DNA of 64,000 nucleotides. Source: an uncultured Gammaproteobacteria bacterium. Lineage in GTDB: Bacteria; Patescibacteriota; Microgenomatia; UBA8517. The translations under genes and the position numbers were made by a program. The stretch is from contig CAZAXL010000005.1 of NCBI GenBank assembly GCA_964489145.1, positions 7,255 to 71,254 on the forward strand, in the 5' to 3' direction. Every line of letters begins with the position of its first letter. The first letter of the stretch is position 1. This document shows positions 18,449-26,136 of this stretch, one piece after another. A model generated the notes under the pieces. It did not search any database. It was given only the letters and a program-made list of their open reading frames with translations, and was not told the DNA's origin.

Positions 18449-18522
18449 TGGCAGGGGCGGAGGGAATTGAACCCCCATTAACGGTTTTGGAGACCGCTGT
18501 TCTGCCGTTTAACTACGCCCCT
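18449..18522 (-). tRNA. trnW: tRNA-Trp (CCA), 3' CCA encoded
   Basis: Cloverleaf AGGGGCG...GCGGT-CT-CCA-AA-ACCGT...GGTTCAATTCC...CGCCCCTGCCA. Confidence 0.96.
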
Positions 18523-18582
18523 TTATCGACAACTATTAATTTTACCTTATGTAGCTTGTGAGGGCAAAGGAAGGAAAAATAA

Positions 18583-18622
18583 AGGGCGTTTCTACACAAA
18601 AATTTCTTGTATAAAAACGCCC
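18583..18622 (-). terminator. Probable intrinsic terminator after 18643-18987
   Basis: Minus strand GGGCGUUUUUAUACAAGA...UUUUUGUGUAGAAACGCCC followed by UUUAUUUUU. Confidence 0.6.
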
Positions 18623-18642
18623 AAATAAATGGTGCCTAGAAT

Positions 18643-18987
18643 TTATTTTTCGGCAGATAGTTCTGCTATAAATTTCTTCTGGGCTTCTGAAACAAACCTA
18701 CAAATTGGGTCATAATCAACATTCGAATTTTTGTATGCATTACAAATATCATTGCGAATGTCATCAAATAACCGACTAATCAGGTTGACCAAACTTTCAT
18801 TTGGCTTGTTGTTGCCTTGACTGGAAAAGGGATGCCCATTTCTGGTAACTGTGATTTTGGCTGACCAGTCCCAAAGGGTGATTGACTGACGTCCCTTGAC
18901 TGCTTCAATATATATCTCGACCTTACTTTCCTTTCCGCCAGCCCGATTTTCCAAAATGCCTTTTTCTGACAAACTTTTCCGTGACAT
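18643..18987 (-). CDS. Hypothetical protein
   Basis: 114-aa ORF, AGGAGGA upstream, downstream terminator. Confidence 0.6.
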   Translation of the reverse strand: MSRKSLSEKGILENRAGGKESKVEIYIEAVKGRQSITLWDWSAKITVTRNGHPFSSQGNNKPNESLVNLISRLFDDIRNDICNAYKNSNVDYDPICRFVSEAQKKFIAELSAEK

Positions 18988-19144
18988 TTCCTTTTCCTCC
19001 TCAATGTGTAAGTGCGAATTTTTTCACCGCAATTGGTGAATGGGGGAATGATATCCCAAACAGCTTCGAAAGTCAATTAACTATAAGGTATGTAAGGATT
19101 TTTGGATTAAGTAGCTTTAATGGTATACAATGTGTCCCAAACGA

Positions 19145-19597
19145 ATGGCAAACATTGAATTACAATCACAGTCACAAATTAATTATGAGTTGGTAGGAAA
19201 AAAGCTATTATCGGGAGAGGTTATGAATGATGTGGAGAAAAATTCTGTTTTTGGAATCGCAACAAAATTTGCCTCAGATTTAGTTGATGATAAGGCAGAC
19301 TCTCTACGCGGACTATCGCAACAAAGCCAAGATGTGAGAGATCACATGAATGTGATAGTGCTGGACAGATTGGTTTCTTTATATCAGAGCGGTTCTACTG
19401 TAATGTTTGAAAATCTGAAAAAGACGGTATGTGATTCACTTTTAATTAAAAAAAATAGATTGTCCGATGAAAGGCTATACGCTTTTCTAAGCTCCAGCCT
19501 TGACCAATACTTTGGAAATGAAATAAGCAGCGAAGTCAAAAAGGGTATGGACTTCATCCGTGAAACAGTTGAGCTCATTGTTCCCACTAAAATCTGA
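19145..19597 (+). CDS. Hypothetical protein
   Basis: 150-aa ORF, no recognised motif. Confidence 0.6.
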   Translation: MANIELQSQSQINYELVGKKLLSGEVMNDVEKNSVFGIATKFASDLVDDKADSLRGLSQQSQDVRDHMNVIVLDRLVSLYQSGSTVMFENLKKTVCDSLLIKKNRLSDERLYAFLSSSLDQYFGNEISSEVKKGMDFIRETVELIVPTKI

Positions 19598-19607
19598 CGG
19601 TTGTCAA

Positions 19608-19799
19608 TTACTTTAGTTTTGAAGATTCCTTGTGAATCTGAACTTTCCTGCAATTGTGACAGTATTTCTTCAGTTCAAGTTTTGAGTCTTTTTTTCCTTT
19701 TAACTCCATATTAACTTTGTTTCTTTCTGTAATATAATTTTGGTTTTTGCAAACAGAACAAATCAAAGCCACAATTTCTCTAGCACCTTTTTTAGCCAT
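19608..19799 (-). CDS. rpmG: 50S ribosomal protein L33, zinc-binding type
   Basis: CSVCKNQNYIT.RNK, LELKKYCHNCRK..IHKE. Confidence 0.96.
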   Translation of the reverse strand: MAKKGAREIVALICSVCKNQNYITERNKVNMELKGKKDSKLELKKYCHNCRKVQIHKESSKLK

Positions 19800-19822
19800 G
19801 GGGATATTCTAGCAAATTATAT

Positions 19823-19845
19823 GTGAATAGTGAATAGTGAATAGT
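19823..19845. repeat. Heptamer tandem repeat (GTGAATA)x3
   Basis: gtgaata gtgaata gtgaata gt. Confidence 0.85.
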
Positions 19846-19851
19846 AATTTG

Positions 19852-19923
19852 AGCCTGAGGTGAGGATTGAACTCACGACCCCGTACTTACCAAGTACGTG
19901 CTCTACCACTGAGCTACCCAGGC
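19852..19923 (-). tRNA. trnT: tRNA-Thr (GGT)
   Basis: GCCTGGG/CTCAGGC acceptor; CGTAC-TT-GGT-AA-GTACG anticodon arm; GTGAG-TTCAATC-CTCAC T arm. Confidence 0.96.
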
Positions 19924-19983
19924 GAGTCACCGAACCTGGGTAGAGAAAGTGGCAAGATTTTCTTACCACTGAGCTACCCAGGC
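19924..19983 (-). repeat. tRNA-Thr(GGT) leader: exact copy of tRNA nt 1-20 plus an antisense arm, forming a hairpin
   Basis: 19964-19983 identical to 19904-19923; 19934-19957 is an imperfect inverted copy. Confidence 0.93.
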
Positions 19984-19995
19984 AAATAAAACAAG

Positions 19996-20080
19996 TGCTG
20001 AGGTCAGGATTCGAACCTGAGTAGCCCTTTCGGACGCGAGATTTACAGTCTCGTGCGTTTGACCGCTCCGCCACCTCAGC
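19996..20080 (-). tRNA. trnY: tRNA-Tyr (GTA)
   Basis: GCTGAGG/CCTCAGC acceptor; CGAGA-CT-GTA-AA-TCTCG; long variable arm. Confidence 0.96.
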
Positions 20081-20084
20081 GCTG

Positions 20085-20156
20085 AGCCGACGAGAGGATT
20101 CGAACCTCTGACTTGCTGTTTACAAAACAGCTACTCTACCACTGAGTTACGCCGGC
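20085..20156 (-). tRNA. trnT: tRNA-Thr (TGT)
   Basis: GCCGGCG/CGTCGGC acceptor; GCTGT-TT-TGT-AA-ACAGC; AGAGG-TTCGAAT-CCTCT. Confidence 0.96.
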
Positions 20157-20226
20157 AAGCGTATATCCGGCGTAACATTGTTTTTCTCAGTGGCCAAGCT
20201 ATTGCTTACCACTGAGTTACGCCGGC
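20157..20226 (-). repeat. tRNA-Thr(TGT) leader: exact copy of tRNA nt 1-20 plus an antisense arm, forming a hairpin
   Basis: 20207-20226 identical to 20137-20156; 20167-20199 is an inverted copy with an A-rich insert. Confidence 0.93.
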
Positions 20227-20234
20227 GCTAATGA

Positions 20235-20243
20235 ATTATATCA
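20235..20243 (-). promoter_or_regulatory. Extended -10 promoter (TGaTATAAT) of the tRNA operon
   Basis: Minus strand TGATATAAT, 8 nt upstream of the duplicated tRNA 5' copy. Confidence 0.7.
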
Positions 20244-20270
20244 ATAAATGAAGCTATTTACGAGGAAAAA

Positions 20271-20421
20271 AGACCCTGCCTCAAAAAGTCCGGCTGCATT
20301 CCTGGATAAACCAGGTGGGTAAGCTGCCTTCCTCAGCATGAAAGCTTTGGTTGGACTCCGCTTTCCCAAAGCACTTTTATTTGATCAGGAAATTTAAACC
20401 GAACACTTTTCGACAGGGTCC
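20271..20421 (-). ncRNA. ssrS: Candidate 6S RNA
   Basis: Closing stem GACCCUGUC/GGCAGGGUC extended by GUUCGGUU/AGCCGGAC; UGUUCG and CCCACCUG motifs; own TGaTATAAT promoter; U-tract at 3' end. Confidence 0.55.
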
Positions 20422-20448
20422 ACATTAATTATATCAGAGGTGCACAAG

Positions 20449-21099
20449 TCAGATGGATGAGAACCCGGGAATAAGAAGTTTGAGAAAAATATTAATTACG
20501 GGACTAATAACAAGTGTAGCCAAGGAACTCCCACCGAAAATGGGAAAGATTAAAGCCAGGATCAGAATCATTCCAAACTTGTCCAAAAAATCACCAAAAG
20601 CCTTGGCCTGTTTATTGGGAAGAAGGCCGGTGAGGATCTTAGTGCCGTCAAGGGGACCAATCGGGATTAGGTTGAAGATTGCAAGAACAATATTGAATTC
20701 GATAACGTAGAAAAACATTGCAAAAATGTTTGTGTTGGGAAAGACCGTTAAAATGATTCTCAAGAATATGGATAAAACAAGTGCGAAAGAAATGTTCGCA
20801 AGAGGTCCTGCAAGAGAGATAAGTGCCAGATCTTTTTTTGGATGCTGAAGATTGTACGGATCGACGGGTACCGGTTTTGCCCAACCGAAAAGAAAAGGTG
20901 AGCGGAGTATCAAAAGAGTCAGGGGAAGGATAATACTGCCAACAATATCGATATGAGAAATTGGGTTAAGAGTAAGGCGTCCCATGATTCTTGCAGTTGG
21001 GTCTCCCAACCTTTCAGCCACAAGTCCGTGGGCGACTTCATGCAAAATAATTGCCAGGGCAAAACCCATAATTCCGATTATTAGTATTAGGATATCCAT
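20449..21099 (-). CDS. Site-2 protease (M50 family)
   Basis: HEVAH, GDPTA..GRLTLNP, FGWAKPVP, FNLIPIGPLDG. Confidence 0.93.
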   Translation of the reverse strand: MDILILIIGIMGFALAIILHEVAHGLVAERLGDPTARIMGRLTLNPISHIDIVGSIILPLTLLILRSPFLFGWAKPVPVDPYNLQHPKKDLALISLAGPLANISFALVLSIFLRIILTVFPNTNIFAMFFYVIEFNIVLAIFNLIPIGPLDGTKILTGLLPNKQAKAFGDFLDKFGMILILALIFPIFGGSSLATLVISPVINIFLKLLIPGFSSI

Positions 21100-21150
21100 T
21101 GCGGTTTAAAGTAGTTAATAGTATAATCTACGGAAGCTAAAAATAAAAAT

Positions 21151-21414
21151 ATGGCATATATTTGCGACAATTGCGGAAAAGGAACAGTCCATGGCCGTCA
21201 GAGCACACACGGCAGAGGCGTTGCTGGAAAAAGATGGAAGAAAAGAGCACAGAAGACACCTCGATTATTTAAGCCCAATCTCCAAAAGATTGCTGTGGTA
21301 GTTGCCGGCAAAAAAACTCAAATGAAGCTTTGTGCAAGCTGTATTTCCAAGTTCAGAAAGATCGGAAAAATTAAAAAACCTCAAGCAGCTTCCTCAAAAG
21401 CTGCCTCTTTGTAA
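21151..21414 (+). CDS. rpmB: 50S ribosomal protein L28
   Basis: CDNCGKG...RLFKPNLQ...KLCASC. Confidence 0.92.
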   Translation: MAYICDNCGKGTVHGRQSTHGRGVAGKRWKKRAQKTPRLFKPNLQKIAVVVAGKKTQMKLCASCISKFRKIGKIKKPQAASSKAASL

Positions 21415-21431
21415 GCAAAGCTTGGCCCTGC

Positions 21432-22304
21432 TCAGCAGAATCGCATCGCATTGTAACCTTCTTTAAATTGTTTCCAGGTTACAGGCTCTTTGCCTTCCAG
21501 TTGAACTTCGTCCAGAACCAGTTTTTCGTCTTCAAGATGTACTTTTAATATTTTTAATCTCTTATTCTTTTCATCCGTGGTTGATAAACGGATAAATGTC
21601 CAAGCTCCCGGCCAGGGGTACATGGCTCTTACTAACTTTTCAATCTCAGCCGGAGTTTTTTTATCTATGTTGAAAAAGCCATCCTCCTTTTTCATAATTT
21701 TTGTGAATGTCGCCTCTTTGTCGTTCTGTGCCTTTAAATTAATTTTACCCCGGATGTAAGGTTCCAGTAGCTCAACTAAAACGTCAGCCGATTTTTCAAA
21801 TAGGCGATTTCTTAAAGTTTCCGCGGTATCGTCTGTAAGTATTTCTTCTTTTGATTGAGAGATAATTGGTCCATGATCCATTTTTTCATCCATTTTAATA
21901 ATTGAAACACCTGTAATTTCATCCCCATTGGCAATGGCAGCGGGAACCGGAGAGGCACCTCTGTATTTTGGCAAAAGAGAGGGGTGAATTACTAAAATTC
22001 CTTGGGAAAAAAGATCGATGACATCTTTTTTGATAATTTCCCCATATGATGCCAGTATTCCCAGGTTAGCGTCAGGGGGACTATCAATCAGATCATTCGC
22101 AGAATAATAAATTGGAATTTTATGCTCATGCGCCCATTTATCGATGGGAGAATATGCAAGAATTTGCTTTCTGCCGATGGGCTTTGGTGGCTGAGTTACA
22201 ACGGCAGTTATGGGAGATTTTCCCGGCCCGGTCACAAATTTTTTGTGAATCGCAGTCAAAATCGGCAGAACGTAAACTGGTGTACCAAAGAAAACTATTT
22301 TCAT
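21432..22304 (-). CDS. fmt: Methionyl-tRNA formyltransferase
   Basis: IVFFGTP, VVTQPPKPIGR, HPSLLPKYRGASP, MDHGPI, PWPGAW. Confidence 0.96.
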   Translation of the reverse strand: MKIVFFGTPVYVLPILTAIHKKFVTGPGKSPITAVVTQPPKPIGRKQILAYSPIDKWAHEHKIPIYYSANDLIDSPPDANLGILASYGEIIKKDVIDLFSQGILVIHPSLLPKYRGASPVPAAIANGDEITGVSIIKMDEKMDHGPIISQSKEEILTDDTAETLRNRLFEKSADVLVELLEPYIRGKINLKAQNDKEATFTKIMKKEDGFFNIDKKTPAEIEKLVRAMYPWPGAWTFIRLSTTDEKNKRLKILKVHLEDEKLVLDEVQLEGKEPVTWKQFKEGYNAMRFC

Positions 22305-22305
22305 A

Positions 22306-22360
22306 TATTTATATATCCCTTCGGCCGTTGCCTCAGGATTTCGCTTTCCTACGAAAGCTC
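22306..22360 (-). repeat. 55-bp two-hairpin repeat, copy 2 (def-fmt junction)
   Basis: 49/55 identical to 8791-8845. Confidence 0.9.
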
Positions 22361-22882
22361 AATCTCCTCCCATTCATCACCCTCAACTTTGTAGAGAGGT
22401 TTCCCCTCGCTTAAAAGATGGTCTATAAAAAGAATTCCCTCAAGGTGGTCAATTTCATGCATAATTATTTGGGCGTGGAAACCCTCAAAAGTTTCCGTTA
22501 ATGTTTTTCCTTTTTCGTCTAAATATTTAATTGTTACTTTAGCAGCACGTTTTAAAGGACCGTAGTAATAGGGAAGTGAAAGACATCCTTCAAGGATTTC
22601 TTTCTTGCTCTGCCTGGCTTTAGCGGAGTGGGATTGGCTTCCTACTTTTACGATTTCCGGATTAATGACAACTTTTTCAAAATCTTTATATTTAGCCACA
22701 AAAATCCTTAAATTTTTTCCTATTTGGGGGGCGGCAAGTCCGACACCTTCCGGGTCTTTTTGTATACTCAGCGTATCTCTAAGGTCTTTTATAAGATCCT
22801 TAATCTTTTTATCGATCTTAGGAACCGGTCTAGATTTCTTTCGCAAAATAGGGTTATTTGAGAGGACAATTTTTCTAATCAT
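22349..22882 (-). CDS. def: Peptide deformylase
   Basis: GVGLAAPQIG, EGCLS, HEIDHLEG. Confidence 0.97.
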   Translation of the reverse strand: MIRKIVLSNNPILRKKSRPVPKIDKKIKDLIKDLRDTLSIQKDPEGVGLAAPQIGKNLRIFVAKYKDFEKVVINPEIVKVGSQSHSAKARQSKKEILEGCLSLPYYYGPLKRAAKVTIKYLDEKGKTLTETFEGFHAQIIMHEIDHLEGILFIDHLLSEGKPLYKVEGDEWEEIELS

Positions 22883-22925
22883 ACCCGAATTATATCAAAA
22901 AATCGGCCAATCTGGAAGAAAAGCT

Positions 22926-24950
22926 TTAATTAATACTTTCCAGATATTGTTTTGACATGGAGTCTGTGGGGTCTATATTTGTCAGTATATATTCAAGTTG
23001 GGTTCTTGCTTCTGAGTTTTCCTTTGCGTCAATGAGGAGAATGGCATAAGCAAGTCTGGCATCCTTATAATTTGATTTTAACTCAACAGTCTCCTTGAGG
23101 GTTTGAAGCGCTAAATCATTTTGTCCGATTCTGGAATAAATTAAACCTAAGTTGTAGCGGATTTTAGCATCAGTTGGCGCCTGCATGGCTGCAGCAACAA
23201 GAACATCTCTGGCATTCAAGAGATAATTCGGATCAATTACGGAAAGCATAACAAAAACCCCAAACTCCATTCTTTTGAGATTTAAATTTGCCGGAGAAAG
23301 ATTGACTGCCTTAATGGAGTTATCAATCGCAGCCTCGGTCAATTGTAAAGTTGTTGTAGACTCTTTCGCCTGGTTATAGGAAAGGGCAAGATTGGTATAT
23401 GATTTCGCGAGCTCTGCATAATAAATGCTTTGATCCGGCTCCAGTTTTATTGCTTTGTTTAAGTATTGTGACGCAAGGTCCTGTCTTCCTACTTTGTTGT
23501 AGCTAAGACCTTTTGCATAAAGATAGTCTACATACCAGTATCTGGAGGTGGTGAAGAGAAAATAGGCGGCGATAGAGATTAAAACCCAGTTTAAAACTTT
23601 CTGATTCGGGGTTAAATTCATTTTTTGTTCCTTTTTCAATACATCTTCCATAGCGAGAATCACTGAAAAAGCAGGGTACAGGAAAAATAAAAGCTGTATT
23701 GGTATTACGGAAAACCCGAAAAAGTTAGTGATAAGAATTGAAATATATCCGGAGATAAATGCGGTGGACATTAAAGAATTGGAATGAAAATTTTTGACCA
23801 TCAAATAAATTGAAAACCCGATCATTGTCAGGTAAGCGATGATACCCACGACCCCCGTATTTGCAAGAAAATTGAGATATTCATTGTGTGCTTTATTGTA
23901 AATAAAATCCCACTCGCTGGTCATGTTGTGTGCGGCTGGGCGGTAGAGATAGTAAGAATAGGCAAAAGTTTCGACACCACTTCCGAATATAGGATAGTGT
24001 TTCCAAACATCGATCGCACCCTGCCAAACAATTTTTCGGATTGTTCCGGATTCGGTTCCGCCGGTTTCCAAAGCTGTTGCTCCTGTTTGAGTAGATATTG
24101 CCGGTTGGATGTTCTGAGACCCCTCAATGATCTTAAAAATACTTGGTGTAAACTGGGTTCCAAAAATTAAAGCTGCAACCGCCAGGAGCATATTAGAAAT
24201 GAGAAACTTTTTAAGATATTTAAATCTACTTTTTAAAAATATAATTCCCCAGAATACAATTTCGGCCACAGCGAAACCAAGAATTCCAGAACGCGAACCT
24301 GTAAAAAGCAAGACCGTAAAAAAGAGCAAACTGAGAAGATAAGGAACCGTCGAGGAAAAAGTAATTTTGTTCTTATCCAGCTTAAGTACTAATACCCAGG
24401 TTATTGGTATTAAAGCGGTAAGCCATGCGGCTAACCAATTGGGCTGTCCCAACGTCGAGAAAACCCTTTGTTGAACAGCCTGCTGCCAAATATCTTTATC
24501 GATTCCAAGACGTTCCAGAACGCCGTAGATAGAAACAATTACCGCCGAGCCAAGTGTAATATTAATTAATTTTTTGGCATCACTCTTATCAATATTTGAA
24601 ACAAATGCCCAGTAAAGAAGTAAATAGGAGAGAGTAGATAAAAGCCCGCCGTTAAATCTTGAATAATACCCGAGCCAGGAAGTTTGGGGATCAATTGATA
24701 TAAGCGTTGAAATTAACTGCGACCCCAAAAAAACAATGAGAGGGATGTCTAATATTGTGCGACGAAAGATAAGTTTTCTTTCTGAAACCATTCGCATTGC
24801 CCAGAAAGTGACTATTAAAATGGTTAAAAAGTATGTAATTACTATTTTGTTAAACTCAAAAAGTTCAGATGTGTAAGGCCACAAAATTAACGGCACCAGA
24901 AAAAGAAGAATTCCAAAAAGAGATAAAATTATTTTTTGAAATGATTTCAC
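22926..24950 (-). CDS. O-antigen-ligase (Wzy_C)-like membrane protein with C-terminal TPRs
   Basis: RVFSTLGQPN, TGSRSG, R..VW, HPIFGSG-like segment, KAHNEYL; TPR-like helices. Confidence 0.85.
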   Translation of the reverse strand: MKSFQKIILSLFGILLFLVPLILWPYTSELFEFNKIVITYFLTILIVTFWAMRMVSERKLIFRRTILDIPLIVFLGSQLISTLISIDPQTSWLGYYSRFNGGLLSTLSYLLLYWAFVSNIDKSDAKKLINITLGSAVIVSIYGVLERLGIDKDIWQQAVQQRVFSTLGQPNWLAAWLTALIPITWVLVLKLDKNKITFSSTVPYLLSLLFFTVLLFTGSRSGILGFAVAEIVFWGIIFLKSRFKYLKKFLISNMLLAVAALIFGTQFTPSIFKIIEGSQNIQPAISTQTGATALETGGTESGTIRKIVWQGAIDVWKHYPIFGSGVETFAYSYYLYRPAAHNMTSEWDFIYNKAHNEYLNFLANTGVVGIIAYLTMIGFSIYLMVKNFHSNSLMSTAFISGYISILITNFFGFSVIPIQLLFFLYPAFSVILAMEDVLKKEQKMNLTPNQKVLNWVLISIAAYFLFTTSRYWYVDYLYAKGLSYNKVGRQDLASQYLNKAIKLEPDQSIYYAELAKSYTNLALSYNQAKESTTTLQLTEAAIDNSIKAVNLSPANLNLKRMEFGVFVMLSVIDPNYLLNARDVLVAAAMQAPTDAKIRYNLGLIYSRIGQNDLALQTLKETVELKSNYKDARLAYAILLIDAKENSEARTQLEYILTNIDPTDSMSKQYLESIN

Positions 24951-25037
24951 AATTCATTTTAGCACACGACACCTCATAGACCCTTTGCAACTTTTCGTTA
25001 AATAGGTATACTCCTGTTGCTACTATATATGAAGATA

Positions 25038-26105
25038 ATGAATCCTATCGATAGGTTTTTGGGAATTTTCTCACATGACATCGGCATTGATTTGGGGACG
25101 GCAAACACGCTGGTTTATGTCAGAGGAAAAGGAGTTGTTATAAGAGAACCCTCGGCCGTGGCCAGACATAAAAAAACAAAAGAAATTTTGGCAATCGGGA
25201 CCTCAGCCAAAAAAATGATGGGCAGAGCCCCCGTAACTATTGAAGTGGTAAGACCTTTAAGAGGTGGTGTTATTGCAGACTTTGATGCGACCGCCGCCAT
25301 GCTTTCCCACTATATTAAAAAAGTTCATGAAACAGAAAGTACTTTTCCAAAAATTCCGAGACCAAGAGTCGTAATCGGAATTCCTTCAGGAGTAACTGAA
25401 GTTGAAAGAAGAGCTGTTGCTGAGGCTGCAATTGATGCAGGAGCCCGGGAGGCCAATTTAATTGAAGAACCTATGGCTGCCGCAATTGGCGCGGGTCTTT
25501 TAGTTGAAGGGCCGGAAGGAAATTTTATCGTTGACATTGGAGGAGGAACCAGTGAAATTGCCGTAATTTCACTTGGTGGAATAGTTTTGGGAAGGAGCAT
25601 CAGAATTGCCGGAGACGAAATGGATGAGGCGATAATTAATTATGTAAGACTGAAATACTCGCTGCTTTTGGGTCAACCAACCGCAGAGGCTGTCAAAATA
25701 GGAGTCGGCGGAGTAGAAATAGGTGAAGACAAAGACGCACAAAAGGAAACAAAACTTACTGTTGTTAGGGGGCGTGATCTTGAAACAGGACTTCCGAAAT
25801 CCATAAAGCTGACAAGCGAAGAAATTCAAGAGGCTCTGAGTCCCATTCTGCAGGAAATAGTCGGTAACATTGTTGATACTATCGAAGAGACACCGCCGGA
25901 GCTAACCGGTGATATTATGAAAAAAGGAATTACCCTGGCAGGGGGCGGGTCGCTTATTCCCGGGATAGATAAAGCTATATCTGAAGCTGCAAAAATGCCG
26001 GTTTATGTTGCGGATGATCCTTTGACATGCGTGGTCAGGGGTTGTGGAATCTGTCTTGAGGACAATGGTTTATTAAAAAGAATAAGAGTCACTAAAGGTC
26101 TTTGA
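25038..26105 (+). CDS. mreB: Rod shape-determining protein MreB
   Basis: GIDLGTANTLV, IEEPMAAAIGAG, VDIGGGTSE, ETPPEL. Confidence 0.97.
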   Translation: MNPIDRFLGIFSHDIGIDLGTANTLVYVRGKGVVIREPSAVARHKKTKEILAIGTSAKKMMGRAPVTIEVVRPLRGGVIADFDATAAMLSHYIKKVHETESTFPKIPRPRVVIGIPSGVTEVERRAVAEAAIDAGAREANLIEEPMAAAIGAGLLVEGPEGNFIVDIGGGTSEIAVISLGGIVLGRSIRIAGDEMDEAIINYVRLKYSLLLGQPTAEAVKIGVGGVEIGEDKDAQKETKLTVVRGRDLETGLPKSIKLTSEEIQEALSPILQEIVGNIVDTIEETPPELTGDIMKKGITLAGGGSLIPGIDKAISEAAKMPVYVADDPLTCVVRGCGICLEDNGLLKRIRVTKGL

Positions 26106-26136
26106 AAATTGTAAGTTGTTAATTGATAATTAAACT

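Noticed and set aside
18583-18622. Hairpin upstream of tRNA-Trp starting GGGCGT, as a third tRNA-copy leader
   Set aside because: Only 6 nt match the tRNA 5' end and it lies about 60 nt away. With its U-tract it fits a terminator of the upstream gene.
19817-20074. 85-aa ORF MAERSNARDCKS...
   Set aside because: It is a translation of the tRNA-Tyr and tRNA-Thr genes.
19904-20226. tRNA-associated direct repeats read as a CRISPR array or prophage att sites
   Set aside because: There are only two copies of each of two different 20-mers, the intervening DNA is antisense to the repeat, and there are no cas or integrase genes or cargo. Reported as a separate finding instead.
20271-20421. SRP RNA, from the GAGGAAGGCAGC resemblance
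   Set aside because: The CAGG-N-CCGGAAGG-AAGCAG domain IV hairpin cannot be formed. The overall shape fits 6S better.
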